Assembly: GCA_963705305.1 (NCBI GenBank)
Contig: OY970067.1
Span: 448,001-512,000, forward strand
DNA length: 64,000 nt
From: an uncultured Methylomirabilota bacterium
Lineage (GTDB): Bacteria; Methylomirabilota; Methylomirabilia; Methylomirabilales; 2-02-FULL-66-22
Direction: 5' to 3'
Shown here: piece after piece, positions 1 through 10,017 of the stretch
How positions within the stretch are numbered: the first letter of the stretch is position 1
Layout: each line of letters starts with the position of its first letter
Made by a program: the position numbers and the translations under genes
The notes under the pieces: generated by a model
The model's database searches: none
What the model was told of the DNA's origin: nothing
What the model saw: only the letters and a program-made list of their open reading frames with translations

Positions 1-230
1 CCTGGCCGGGGCCTTCGCCACCGGGCGCCGCTCCGCCTACCGCCCGCTGGCGAACACGGATCGCGCGTTGGCCACAGGCCGGGGGGGCGACCCGCTCGCC
101 GCCGGCCAGCGGCAACACACTGCCTATCCCCCCATGAAGTCGTTGGACCAGCCACGGGGGTAGCGGTGGATCGGCTGGGCCCGGTGCAACTATGAACCCT
201 GGCGGAACTCGTCGCAAGGGCAAGCTCTCG

Positions 231-471
231 CCCCCTTCGAAAAGTTCGCAGCCATGGCGGAACGCAACTGGGACGGCATCCCGGCGTCCTGCCGGGCAAC
301 GGAAAAGGCTCCCCTGAGGTTCGTGGGAGGCCTGAACATTAAGAGCCGCATCAACCAACGGCCAACCGGGGGTCTGCGGGGCCAGGAGCATCTGCGCCTC
401 AAGATCCTCATCTGTATGCTGGCGGAAACCTGAAACGGCCACGATCCACCCGTTCGATTACGCGATACACC
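231..471 (+). pseudogene. ISL3-family transposase C-terminal remnant with probable right end
   Basis: Hand translation PFEKFAAMAERNWDGIPASCRATEKAPLRFVGGLNIKSRINQRPTGGLRGQEHLRLKILICML* resembles the ISL3 C-terminus (EGLNNKIRVIQRRAYGLRDEEYLRLKIL). It is followed by a CCACCCGTTCGATT...ACACC end-like sequence. Confidence 0.75.
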
Positions 472-550
472 TTCCCTTCATTTTTCTTCTTCCATAATCG
501 ACAGGGTGAACCTTTCCCCAGCCCTTGAGTCTGCATGTTGGCGCTAAGCA

Positions 551-589
551 CAGGGTTCAATGCCGGGTGAATCCCGACATTGAACCCTG
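551..589 (-). terminator. Stem-loop downstream of the ABC binding-protein gene
   Basis: CAGGGTTCAATG...CATTGAACCCTG, a perfect 12-bp stem extended by CGGG/CCCG, about 25 nt past the stop at 613. Confidence 0.6.
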
Positions 590-612
590 CTGGCGTGCAA
601 CTCTCTCCAAAA

Positions 613-1848
613 TTACTTCTTCCACCACGCCGGCTTTACATACTCGCCGGTCTTATATTTGTCCGGGAAAATAACGACATATTTCGCGCCCTCTTGCCAT
701 TGACCAAAGGGAAGAACGGTTCGCCCTTCCAGAAGATCGTGAGATTTCGGGTCAAAACCGAGTTGCGGATGGAGCACGCCATCATACGAAATCTTTTCCA
801 GCCCCTTGATGATGTCATTAGTTTTTAGAGACTTCGTCTTCTTAATTACATTCGCAATCATGTATACGGCGTCATAGGTGTAGCCACTGGTATAAACGGG
901 GACGCCCCCGTACATCTTCGTGTATTTGTCCCAGAATGGGATCGTCTTGTTGCTTAATGGCGCCCTGGCGAGATGGTTGAAGCTTACTTCGTAGAGACAC
1001 GCGCCGCCCGTCATGTCCCAGAACTTTGAATCACCGCTATCTGCATTAATGGCACCCATGGGTGCGGGTTTGATGTCAGCCCAGGCCTTGATAAGGGGAA
1101 TGGCCGCTGCATGGCTGATAACATGCAAAATGTAATCGGCCTTCAACGATTTAATCTTGGCGAAAGTGGGCGAAAAGTCTTTTAGATCGGTGTCAAAGCG
1201 CTCGGAGAAAACCATTTCCAGGCCGGCCTTCTCCAGGTCTCCCTTCAGTGATCCGAACGGTTCAGACCATTTGGCGTTTTCGGCCAGCATAGCGAACTTC
1301 TTGGCCCCCAGTTTGGGGTGCGCAAAATCCAGGACAAATTGCAGGGTCGCCTGGACCTGCCGATTGGCATTGGCCATATCCATAAAAAAGTATTTGTTCT
1401 TATTGTAGTCGCGCAGAACGTTGCCCGGAAGATCTGGGGAGGCAGCCCCGGTCGTCATGAAGACAATCTGATATTCGGAGAGAAAGGGCTGGATGGCCAG
1501 AGCGACCCCGCTGCTCATTGTTCCTATCAAGACGTTAACCTTGTCATCCAGGACAAGCTTCTTCATCGCGATCACGCCCTTTTCGGGCTTTAACTCCGAG
1601 TCTTCGATAAAGAGCTCAATTTTCTTTCCCAGGATCCCGCCATCGGCATTGATTTCCTCTGCTGCCATCTTCGCCGCATTGACGATCCCTTGTCCGGTGG
1701 ACAATTGTAGTTCACTCACAACCCCTATTTTTATTGTATCGGCCTTGCTAAAATCGCGGTTCACCGCGCCAGCGGGGGAAGAAGCCATGAGCAAGACTGC
1801 CAAACCAATCAATCCAATCCATCCCCATTTGTTTTCAACCATTTTCAT
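613..1848 (-). CDS. ABC transporter substrate-binding protein, branched-chain amino acid (LivJ/Peripla_BP_6) family
   Basis: Signal peptide and the motif IKIG...AAEEINADGGILGKKIELFIEDSE. Start set at MKMVENK, after an AGGAG RBS. Confidence 0.9.
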   Translation of the reverse strand: MKMVENKWGWIGLIGLAVLLMASSPAGAVNRDFSKADTIKIGVVSELQLSTGQGIVNAAKMAAEEINADGGILGKKIELFIEDSELKPEKGVIAMKKLVLDDKVNVLIGTMSSGVALAIQPFLSEYQIVFMTTGAASPDLPGNVLRDYNKNKYFFMDMANANRQVQATLQFVLDFAHPKLGAKKFAMLAENAKWSEPFGSLKGDLEKAGLEMVFSERFDTDLKDFSPTFAKIKSLKADYILHVISHAAAIPLIKAWADIKPAPMGAINADSGDSKFWDMTGGACLYEVSFNHLARAPLSNKTIPFWDKYTKMYGGVPVYTSGYTYDAVYMIANVIKKTKSLKTNDIIKGLEKISYDGVLHPQLGFDPKSHDLLEGRTVLPFGQWQEGAKYVVIFPDKYKTGEYVKPAWWKK

Positions 1849-1899
1849 TCTCCTTTCCTGCCGGTATTGGGATAATTTCCCGAAACACCCCACCCTCGC

Positions 1900-2221
1900 A
1901 GCTCCTCGGCCACGTTCTGATTGATCCTTGCAGAAGTAATGTGATGGTGGAGGGCGATAGCCAAGAGGCGAGAACTGTTAAGTGCTTTTGGACGGCAAGA
2001 ACTGCAACATTCTTTGCGAAGAGGTCGGAAACAACAGCTCTTCTGTGGGGCAGGGTATGAACTCGACCGCGGTCCGCCAAGCGACGCATCGATTCTCGGA
2101 CACGGTTCCGATTGGCTCTAAGGCAATCCGGAAGAGCGTGCTCTAACAGTCGCTCTCTCGGCATGCTCTTACCGTTGAGAATCACTTCTTCAAGGCAGGT
2201 GAACGCGCGGGAAGAATCCAC
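1900..2221 (-). pseudogene. Degenerate GntR-family regulator fragment
   Basis: MDSSRAFTCLEEVILNGKSMPRERLLE...VRESMRRLADRGRVHTLPHRRAVVSDL aligns to the N-terminus of the intact GntR at 2373-3095, then decays. Confidence 0.7.
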
Positions 2222-2372
2222 GGGTCAACCTCACGTCTTGAACCCGAATTGGTACGCCGTGAAGTGTCTTGAAATTCTCCAGGATTTTCGCGATCGAGGA
2301 TGATCTTCCCTTGTTCGTCTGCGAATATCAGCTCGTCGTTAGACCTGATTCAGATCGTCACTCCGTCGCGCG

Positions 2373-3095
2373 TCACGCTCTTCTTTCTCGTCCCTCTCCC
2401 CCTCTCCCCTTTTCAAGACGCACGCCCATCCTCGTGCGCCTCCCTCGATCAAGCAGTCCTGGAGATCCCGATGCTAGATGCGCGAGGTAGACGTCCTTGG
2501 CGACTTGGATGTGGCTTCGAGTCAACCTCAGCAGGCGGACCCGGTCTTGCGTGTGGAGCATATGCACCATTTGCCGATGTTCCGCCACACTGTGTACAAC
2601 CCGATCGGGTATAGACCACCCGATAAAGCGCACGAAAGCTATTCGCTGCCTAAGCTGCCGGATAATTTCTAAGAGGCGCGGGTTCCGTGCGGTGGCGTAA
2701 ATCGCATCATGAAAGCGCTCATCTGCGTCGATCAGAGCGAGGATGTCCCTGCCAGACGCGAGCCTTGCACAGGCCGCCTCTAATCCTGAGATCTCCTTGA
2801 GCCGTTCGGGGGTAATCGAGGAGAGCGCAAGTCGAGAAGCAAACACTTCGAGGCAGATCCGTACGGCGTGGATGTTCTCTACTTCTTCCGGCGAGAGGTC
2901 AGAAACAACAGCACCCCGGTGAGGAAATATCTGGACTAAACCCTGTTCCGCCAAACCGCGTAACGCTTCTCGGATCGGCGTCCGACTGACACCTATCCGC
3001 TCAGCCAAATCGGACTCGACCAGTCGCTCTCTCGGTTTCAACTCGCCGAGGAGAATCGCCTTTCTCAGATAACTGTATGCTCGGTGAGAGTCCAT
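2373..3095 (-). CDS. GntR-family (FCD) transcriptional regulator
   Basis: wHTH motif LKPRERLVESDLAERIGVSRTPIREAL, plus FCD motifs DERFH and EH. Confidence 0.92.
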   Translation of the reverse strand: MDSHRAYSYLRKAILLGELKPRERLVESDLAERIGVSRTPIREALRGLAEQGLVQIFPHRGAVVSDLSPEEVENIHAVRICLEVFASRLALSSITPERLKEISGLEAACARLASGRDILALIDADERFHDAIYATARNPRLLEIIRQLRQRIAFVRFIGWSIPDRVVHSVAEHRQMVHMLHTQDRVRLLRLTRSHIQVAKDVYLAHLASGSPGLLDRGRRTRMGVRLEKGRGGEGRERRA

Positions 3096-3403
3096 ACTTG
3101 AACTGCGGCTCTTTTTGAATACAATTTCGCATACAATATATGCTGGATTTTCGAAATTGCAAGGCTGAAATGCCGATGCGCGTCAAGCAAATGCCGGACA
3201 ATGGTGCCCCCTTTATTTCACGGATCTATGCGGACCTCATGCGAGCCTTCTCAGCCGAGACTCCTTGGGCGCATGAGGTCGGCAGCACACGGGGCCAGGG
3301 CGAACAATCGGGGGCTTTGAGGCATCGCGGGGCCCCTCCCCGTGCAGCATCGCCATTCCGTGTGGACGCGTTGGCCCCGCCCGGCGCGCCGTGGCGCGGC
3401 GCG

Positions 3404-3937
3404 TCACAACGGCTTGCGGTCGAAGAAGGGGTTCTTGCCCGTCACGCTGAGGGGAATGCCCAGCGCTTGCCGGACCGTGCCGGGGAACCACCCCAGGGCG
3501 AGACAAGCCCGGCCGATCGAGAACATCAGGCGATTATCCAGCCGGCATTGCGATGCGACCGCCGCAGCCGAGCAGGCCGCGATCCCCAGGTCGATCGCGT
3601 TGAACGCGCACACGCCGTGGGCAGCCTCCAGCGCCTCGCAGGTCGCCTGCCCGCAGAACCCGCAGTTCAGCTTCGACGGGTTGGACTCCACCCCCACGAC
3701 CAGGGCCGCAGGCGCGCCTGCGAGATTGCCGGCGTCCCGCTCCACGGTCGGCCGGTTCTCGACCCGCGCGATCTCTTGCATCTTGGCGATCAGCTGCTGC
3801 TTGGTCGCCTCATCCTCGATCGCCAGCACGCGGATGTTGTCGACGCCGCGCGTCTTGGGGGCCGTGCGCGCGGCGGCCGCCATCAACTCGATCGCCTGAC
3901 GCACGGCCTGCTGTTCCAACTCGGCTGCGGTTCGCAC
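3404..3937 (-). CDS. Ferredoxin-domain protein (DUF2148-like)
   Basis: Motifs AAARTAPK, NCGFCG...C, DLGIA, DNRLMFSIG and GIPLSVTGKNPFFDR. GTG start after a GAGAGGAG RBS. Confidence 0.8.
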   Translation of the reverse strand: MRTAAELEQQAVRQAIELMAAAARTAPKTRGVDNIRVLAIEDEATKQQLIAKMQEIARVENRPTVERDAGNLAGAPAALVVGVESNPSKLNCGFCGQATCEALEAAHGVCAFNAIDLGIAACSAAAVASQCRLDNRLMFSIGRACLALGWFPGTVRQALGIPLSVTGKNPFFDRKPL

Positions 3938-4087
3938 GATGATCTCTCCTCTCTCGGAGCCTGCCACGGTTTGTCCGCTCGAACACAATGCCCGGCAGTC
4001 CTGCCCTACGCCGCCGCCCGTCCTCACGAGCGCCGGCCTGCGGCTTTCCGCAGGGGATTTTCCCCCGCCTCCCCCTCTCGACGATGC

Positions 4088-5815
4088 CTACCGCTTCGAT
4101 GGGGAGTCCGCAACGCCGATGGTCCCCCTCTGTCTGTACGCGTTCACAACGGCAGCGGGTGTCTGGAAGAATGCCTCCCTGCCAAACAGGTCGGTGAGTT
4201 TGGACCGGTCGAGCTCCGCCCGGACCTCGTCCACCACATCGCAGAACACCAGCCGGACTCCCTGCCCCGCCAGAATGCCATGAAGCCCCCGCAGGATTTC
4301 GGCCGCCGTGAAGTCCACATCGTTCACCGCAGCCGCATCGATGCAGAACCAGGACAGGGGTGGGCTGGCGTCCCTGACGAGGTCGGCAACCTCGTCGTTG
4401 AGGACCTGGCTATTGGCATAGTACATGTTGTGCGTGAAGCGGTAGATCATGAGGCCGGGCATGGCCTGCGCCCGTGCGCCAACCCTTTGCTGCCGCCAGC
4501 CGAGAACCGCGTCGGGGACGATCAGCAAATTGTTCACCCGATATCCATGCCGCGTATGGACCGCCAGCGACAGGACGATGGCCAGAAGGATGCTTTGCTC
4601 GACTCCCGCAGCGACGACCACCGCGGCCGTGATCAGGGCGACCCAGAACTCCCAGGGCCGCTCCGCGTAGATCCTCTTCATTCCTTTCATATCGACCAGT
4701 TCCAGGCCGATCAGGAACACCACGGCGGAGAGGACGGCCGCCGGCATGTAGGCCAGCGGACCGGTGAGAAAAAGCAGGACCATGAGGACGATGACGCTCG
4801 TGGTGAGCTGCGCGAGCTGGCTGTGCCCGCCGGCGCTTTCCACCATCTGGGTCTTGGTCGGGCTGCCGTTCACCACGAAGGTCCCCGACAGGCCGGCGCC
4901 GATGTTGGCCAGCCCCAGCCCCACGAGGTCGATATTCTCGCTGAACTTCTCGTTGTAGCGGGCGGCATAGGCGCGCGATGTGGCCGCGCTCTGAGCCAGA
5001 ATGACCACGAACATCACAAAGGCGGTGGGCAAGAGCGTCTGCATCCCCGCCCAGCTCAGGGCCGCCGGCGGCAGACCGATGGTCGGAAGGCCGCTCGGGA
5101 TCGTGCCGAGGACGCGGACCCCGTAGGATTCCAGGTTGAGCCCCCAGCTGGCGACGATGGCCCCCGTGATTGCAATCAGGGCCCCCGGAATCTTCCTCGA
5201 TATCTTCCGGGAGCCCACAATGACCGCGAGCACGGCGGCCGACACCGTCAGCGTGGCCAAGTCCGTTTGCCTGACCTGCTGGAGGGCGGCCAGAAACTTG
5301 CGGATCGTTCCGTGCCCGCCTCCCGGCAGCCCCAGCATCCCGGTGATTTCACCGACGGCGACCTGGATGCCGACCCCGGAGAGAAACCCGATGAGCACGG
5401 TGCGCGACAGGAAGTCCGCCAGGAACCCCAACCGGACCAGGCGGGCCAGGAACAGGATGCCCGCCGCCATGAGCGCGAGGAGGCCCGCCAGGGCGAGCCA
5501 TTCGGTCGATCCCGGCGATGTCATCGTCGCGACGCTGGAGGCCAGAATGGCGGCTGTGGCGGAGTCGGCGCCGACTACGAGGTGCCGGGACGACCCGAAC
5601 AGCGCATACAGCGCCATCGGGATGAGGATGGTGTAGAGGCCGGTAATGACCGGTGTGCCCGCAATTTTCGCGTAGCCCATGACCTCGGGGATGGCCAGGG
5701 CCGCCAGGGTGATGCCGGCGATGATGTCGACCGGCACGTGCGAGCCGTCGAGGGGGAAGATGCCCTGGAGCACAGGGAGGCCGGCGCCTCCCCGATTGGC
5801 GTTGGAGGTTGCCAT
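4088..5815 (-). CDS. SulP-family anion permease with STAS domain
   Basis: Motif DIIAGITLAALAIPEVMGYA...GLY...FGSSRHLVVG, and a C-terminal STAS domain (DAAAVNDVDFTA). Confidence 0.93.
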   Translation of the reverse strand: MATSNANRGGAGLPVLQGIFPLDGSHVPVDIIAGITLAALAIPEVMGYAKIAGTPVITGLYTILIPMALYALFGSSRHLVVGADSATAAILASSVATMTSPGSTEWLALAGLLALMAAGILFLARLVRLGFLADFLSRTVLIGFLSGVGIQVAVGEITGMLGLPGGGHGTIRKFLAALQQVRQTDLATLTVSAAVLAVIVGSRKISRKIPGALIAITGAIVASWGLNLESYGVRVLGTIPSGLPTIGLPPAALSWAGMQTLLPTAFVMFVVILAQSAATSRAYAARYNEKFSENIDLVGLGLANIGAGLSGTFVVNGSPTKTQMVESAGGHSQLAQLTTSVIVLMVLLFLTGPLAYMPAAVLSAVVFLIGLELVDMKGMKRIYAERPWEFWVALITAAVVVAAGVEQSILLAIVLSLAVHTRHGYRVNNLLIVPDAVLGWRQQRVGARAQAMPGLMIYRFTHNMYYANSQVLNDEVADLVRDASPPLSWFCIDAAAVNDVDFTAAEILRGLHGILAGQGVRLVFCDVVDEVRAELDRSKLTDLFGREAFFQTPAAVVNAYRQRGTIGVADSPSKR

Positions 5816-5846
5816 GGCAATGCGAGTGATGATACCGCTGCCCCCT

Positions 5847-6890
5847 TCAGGGCAGATTGAGGATTTCCACCCAGTTCGGGTTCCGTCCCATCGGATAGCG
5901 CGTGAGCCGTGTCAATGCCCCCGAGCTCGGATCGACTGCGTAGCTTGACATGCAATTGGACCGCTGTCCAACCGCGAGGAGATACCGCCCGGAGGGGTCG
6001 ATGTTGAAGCCGCGCGGCTGCTCCTCGGTCGGCGTGCTGCCGAGGGGGGCCAGGGCACCGGTGGCCGGATCCACCCTGAACGCCGCCAGCGTGCTGGACG
6101 CGCGTACCGAGGCGTAGAGGAACCGGCCATCGGGCGTGACATGCACATCGGCGGCAGCCGGCGATCCGGTGAAATCGGGCGGAAGCGCGCTCACCGTCTG
6201 CCGGTGCTCGAGCCGACCCCCCACCGGATCGTACTCGAAGACGCACACCGACGCATCCAGCTCGTTGAGCAGGTAGACCAGCTTCCCGTTCGGATGAAAG
6301 ACGAAGTGCCGCGGGCCGGCCTTCTCCTTCACGCGCGTTGCAGCAGGCTCGTTCGGCGAGAGCCTTCCCGTCGCCGCATCGAACCTGAACTGCTTGATCA
6401 TGTCGCCGCCCAGGCTCGTCGCCAGGACATACCGGTTGGCTGGATCGGGGAGGATCGCATGCGCGTGCGGCTCGGTTGGAACGACCTGCAGCGGGGGCTG
6501 CACGCTTCCGTCGGGCGCAATCGGGTTGACCGCGACCTTGTGACCCGTGTAGGAGGCGCTGAGGAGGAACCTGCCAGTACGGTCGGTGGCAATGTAGGCC
6601 ATCCCGTCGGCCAGCGGCCCGCTGGCCAGATACGTTAACCGGCCGTCTTCTGGATTGATCTTGAAGCTGGCCGCGAATTTCGGCTCGCCCCGTATCCCGG
6701 CGAACACGAACCGCTTATCCGGGCTGATCGCGAGCGGCGTCGAGATGCCCGCCTGTGAGACGCCCGGAATGGCCACCGTGTCCACCAGCTCCAGATCGCC
6801 CCTCGCGCCATGGAGCCGATAGACGTGAATATCGTTGCTCTCGGCGTTGCCGATGTAGACGATGGTGCGCCCATGGCTCTCCGCTGTCAT
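5847..6890 (-). CDS. pgl: 6-phosphogluconolactonase-like beta-propeller (lactonase family)
   Basis: Motifs HAHAILPDP, GPRHFVFHPNG, AADVHVTPDGRFLY and QPRGFNIDP. Confidence 0.85.
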   Translation of the reverse strand: MTAESHGRTIVYIGNAESNDIHVYRLHGARGDLELVDTVAIPGVSQAGISTPLAISPDKRFVFAGIRGEPKFAASFKINPEDGRLTYLASGPLADGMAYIATDRTGRFLLSASYTGHKVAVNPIAPDGSVQPPLQVVPTEPHAHAILPDPANRYVLATSLGGDMIKQFRFDAATGRLSPNEPAATRVKEKAGPRHFVFHPNGKLVYLLNELDASVCVFEYDPVGGRLEHRQTVSALPPDFTGSPAAADVHVTPDGRFLYASVRASSTLAAFRVDPATGALAPLGSTPTEEQPRGFNIDPSGRYLLAVGQRSNCMSSYAVDPSSGALTRLTRYPMGRNPNWVEILNLP

Positions 6891-7165
6891 TTCGGCTCCC
6901 CCGTCCAGACGCGTGCCGCCTGCCGTCCATCCATCCGGCGCCTACACACATCCCTGCTTCTATCAGAGCGCCGCCGAGAGTTCAAGGCCCGAGTCTCACT
7001 TGTCCCATCCGGCGGCACCAAGTCACCGGCCGCTTTGCCGCAGTTGAGCGGCGGGACCCTTTCGGACCGGTCGCCCGGCAGCTGTTCGAGATCGCGAGGG
7101 GGTGTCCACGCGGGAGAAACGGGCGCACTCCAGCCTGGAGCAAGGACGCAACGTCCCCGAGCGGC

Positions 7166-8005
7166 TTACCGTGACCAGCCAGCCCACCGCCCGCCCTCGA
7201 CCGCGGCGAGGAACTCGGCGACGTGGAGGTTGAAGAGCCCCGGCTCTTCGAGGTTCGGCGTGTGGCCGCAGGCCGGCAACAGGACCAGCCCGGCGTGCGG
7301 CATCCAGCCGCGCATCACAAGCGAGGGCTCCACACACGGGGCGTCGCGGTCGCCCGCCATGATCAGGGTCGGGACGCGCAGGGACTTGAGCTCGGTCTCC
7401 AGGTCGAAGACGGTCTTGCGCTTGGCGATCACCTCGCGCGCCAGGTGGGCGCAGGCGGGGGCGTCGTGCTCCCCCACCTGGCGCAGGAACTCGGCAAACC
7501 CCCGGGGGTCCTTCGCCTTGAAGGGCGCCCGGGTCGGCAGGTGCTCGAAGCTCTTGACCAGGGCCGCGATGCCCTCACGCTCGAGCCCGGCCGCGGTCGC
7601 CTCCTGGCTCTCCAGGAACTGCCCCCGGTTGACGGAGCCGGCGCCGGCGCCGACGAGGACCAGGCTCCGCACCATCCCCCCGTGCGCAAGGGCGAAGTCC
7701 CGGGCGACGTTGGCCCCCATCGAGCACCCGCCGAGATGGACCGGACCCAGGTCGAGGTGCCCCAGCAGCTGATGGAGATCTTCGACCAGAAGATCTTGGG
7801 AGTAGGCGCGGGCAGCGCGCGAAACCGTGGACGGGGGGTAGCCGCGGTGGTTGTACGTGACCACGCGATACCGGCGGGAGAAGTATCGGACCTGCGGCTC
7901 CCACGAGCGGTAATCGCCGCCGTATTCGTGGAGCCAAACCAGCGGCGTCCCCTGGCCGGTCTCCTCCCAATAGAGATCCACCCCGTTCACGCGTGCCAGC
8001 GGCAT
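7166..8005 (-). CDS. Alpha/beta hydrolase
   Basis: MPLARVNG start, GCSMG nucleophile elbow, GDRD, and GHTPNLEEP. Confidence 0.88.
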   Translation of the reverse strand: MPLARVNGVDLYWEETGQGTPLVWLHEYGGDYRSWEPQVRYFSRRYRVVTYNHRGYPPSTVSRAARAYSQDLLVEDLHQLLGHLDLGPVHLGGCSMGANVARDFALAHGGMVRSLVLVGAGAGSVNRGQFLESQEATAAGLEREGIAALVKSFEHLPTRAPFKAKDPRGFAEFLRQVGEHDAPACAHLAREVIAKRKTVFDLETELKSLRVPTLIMAGDRDAPCVEPSLVMRGWMPHAGLVLLPACGHTPNLEEPGLFNLHVAEFLAAVEGGRWAGWSR

Positions 8006-8142
8006 GGCCAACCCTCCCGCGAATGTCTGCCCCGGCGCAACCCCGGCCGCTCTCGCCAGGGTGCGCCCCGTGCCCAATGACCCCCAACGGCGCTCATCGC
8101 GCCCGCCGACGAGTATCGCCCGCATCCGCCCCGCGCCGCCGC

Positions 8143-8826
8143 TCAGCCGGGCCCGATCTCTTCCCACAGCCGCGCGTTGAACGGTGCCTGGCGCGACGGG
8201 CAATCGTCCCTGTGGCACACCTCGCAACTCCGAAAATCCCTCTCCGTCGGGAACAGCATGCCCGACGTTGTCTTGTTCGGGATCATCAGGCATGACTCCG
8301 TCAGTCGGACGCCGATCGCCGCCCGGACGTCCCCGAGCAGGGAAAACAGCTCGCGCTGCTGTTCGATGGGCCACACCGATACATCGCCGGACCCCGGCCG
8401 CATCGTCGCCGTCTTGCCGAGGCGAAACCGGCGATGCAGATGATCGGTGAGGTGCTGGTTGGCCGCGCCAAGCAGGCGGGTCTTGAGCAGGTCCCACCAG
8501 AACTCCTTCAGGACATCCCCCCTCGCCGAAAACGCTTCGTCCATTTCGTGGCCGCAGGTTACAACCAGAGGGAACACGCGCTCCGTCGACTCCAAATTCA
8601 CGCGCAGTGTGCGGCTCGTAAACGAGACGCCTCCGACTCGTACCCTGTCGCCGTCTCTGAGCTCCACAAACGACACGGCATAGGCGGCTTTTGGCTTGCC
8701 GACGTGCACGGCCAAATCGACCAGGGCTCGCAGCTCCGCCGCATCGTCCGACCCCGGCTTCACGTGCGCCTGCGTCATCACCGAGTCCGCATCCAGGGAA
8801 AACGGGATCTCAGTCAGGACTTCCAT
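8143..8826 (-). CDS. Standalone B12-dependent methionine synthase activation-domain-like protein
   Basis: Motifs PGSGD..WPIEQQRELF, GVRLTESCLMIPNKTTSG and a C-terminal CxxCxRxxCPxR. Confidence 0.75.
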   Translation of the reverse strand: MEVLTEIPFSLDADSVMTQAHVKPGSDDAAELRALVDLAVHVGKPKAAYAVSFVELRDGDRVRVGGVSFTSRTLRVNLESTERVFPLVVTCGHEMDEAFSARGDVLKEFWWDLLKTRLLGAANQHLTDHLHRRFRLGKTATMRPGSGDVSVWPIEQQRELFSLLGDVRAAIGVRLTESCLMIPNKTTSGMLFPTERDFRSCEVCHRDDCPSRQAPFNARLWEEIGPG

Positions 8827-8942
8827 CCAACCTCCTGCTGCAGAACATGAAAGGTCGCTCGCGGTCGCCTTCAGGTGCCGTGCCCGGTCCGGCGCGTCCG
8901 CGCACGGCGTGCCTTCCAGAGCAGTCCAGCCCCGCCGGTGAT

Positions 8943-9410
8943 CTACCCCCCGTCGGCTGCCATTCCCAGCAGCTGGAGCGTCCTGCCGTCCCGTCCACCC
9001 CCATAGTACTTCCGGAGCAGGCGGTCGAACACCGAATCCCGGGGCGCCACGCAGGCAAACAAGGTCGCGCACGACCGCAGCTTCAAATCGTCGGGAGACC
9101 CGAAGATATCCGTCGCGGATCGGCCCTCGACGCGGACGACCGCCTCTGCGCATTCCAGGAGCCGCGGCCCCAGAATTGGATGATCCAGGTACGCCTTGGC
9201 CTCCGCGACGCTCTTGATCGCGTAGTACTTTGCCGTCGCGCTGAAGGCCAGGCCGTCGATTTGCGGGAAGATGTACCACATCCAATGCGTGCGCTTCCTG
9301 CCGCTGTTGATCTCCGAGAGCGCCTGCGCGTAGTCATGCTCTTGCGCATGCACGAATCGGGCCAGATCGTATGGGTCATTCATCCTGCCAGGGTCATGTG
9401 CGGAGGTCAT
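8943..9410 (-). CDS. DUF1810 family protein
   Basis: Motif YDLARFVHAQ...GRKRTHWMWYIFPQ...SPDDLKLRSCATLF. Confidence 0.88.
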   Translation of the reverse strand: MTSAHDPGRMNDPYDLARFVHAQEHDYAQALSEINSGRKRTHWMWYIFPQIDGLAFSATAKYYAIKSVAEAKAYLDHPILGPRLLECAEAVVRVEGRSATDIFGSPDDLKLRSCATLFACVAPRDSVFDRLLRKYYGGGRDGRTLQLLGMAADGG

Positions 9411-9567
9411 GCGCATTTCCTCGCATCGCATGGGGGCATAGCTGCCAACAGACGCACCCGTCGATGCTGCTGCGGTTCGGGCCTCATGCCCGGCCCGCTG
9501 CCGGCTGCCCCTCGCCAGCCTCATCGCCCTGATCGGCGTCCCTGCCTTCCGACCGGCCTGCCCTCGA

Positions 9568-9954
9568 TCAGGCAAGGATCGCCCCGCGCTCCCCCAACAA
9601 CTCCTTCAGCACCGAGCGGTGGCAGTGCGCTTCTTCCGCGCAGTAACAACCCACCGAGAAATTGGTCTGGTGCGAGAGGGCCGCCAGAAGTGCGAGGAGG
9701 TGTGCGGCCTCGGGTCGCTTCATCTCAGCACGGTATCGCCTGACAAATGCCCGCCACGCCCGCTCATCTGGCGCATGTAGTGCCTCCTTGACCAGGCCCT
9801 CCGAGGGCGCCAGATCCGGAAGCCACACGTCGTAAAAATCGCAGGAGGCATGCGCGGCCTTGGGCACACCGCGCGGCGGCCGGCGTACGGTCCCCAGGCG
9901 CAGCCCCTCGCCGGGCACTCTCGGGCTTCCCAACCGTACGACTCGGATCGCCAT
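9568..9954 (-). CDS. DUF488 family protein
   Basis: Motif GLRLGTVRRPPRGV...WLPDLAPS...CHRSVL. Confidence 0.82.
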   Translation of the reverse strand: MAIRVVRLGSPRVPGEGLRLGTVRRPPRGVPKAAHASCDFYDVWLPDLAPSEGLVKEALHAPDERAWRAFVRRYRAEMKRPEAAHLLALLAALSHQTNFSVGCYCAEEAHCHRSVLKELLGERGAILA

Positions 9955-10017
9955 TCGACTCGCCTCCTTCGCTCCGCCACGCTCTTCGTCGGCTGGACGC
10001 GCCGGCATCTGCAACCT

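Noticed and set aside
3140..5860. 906-aa plus-strand ORF and many other long overlapping ORFs
   Set aside because: They are antisense shadows of clear minus-strand genes (DUF2148, SulP) in high-GC DNA, with no recognisable motifs.
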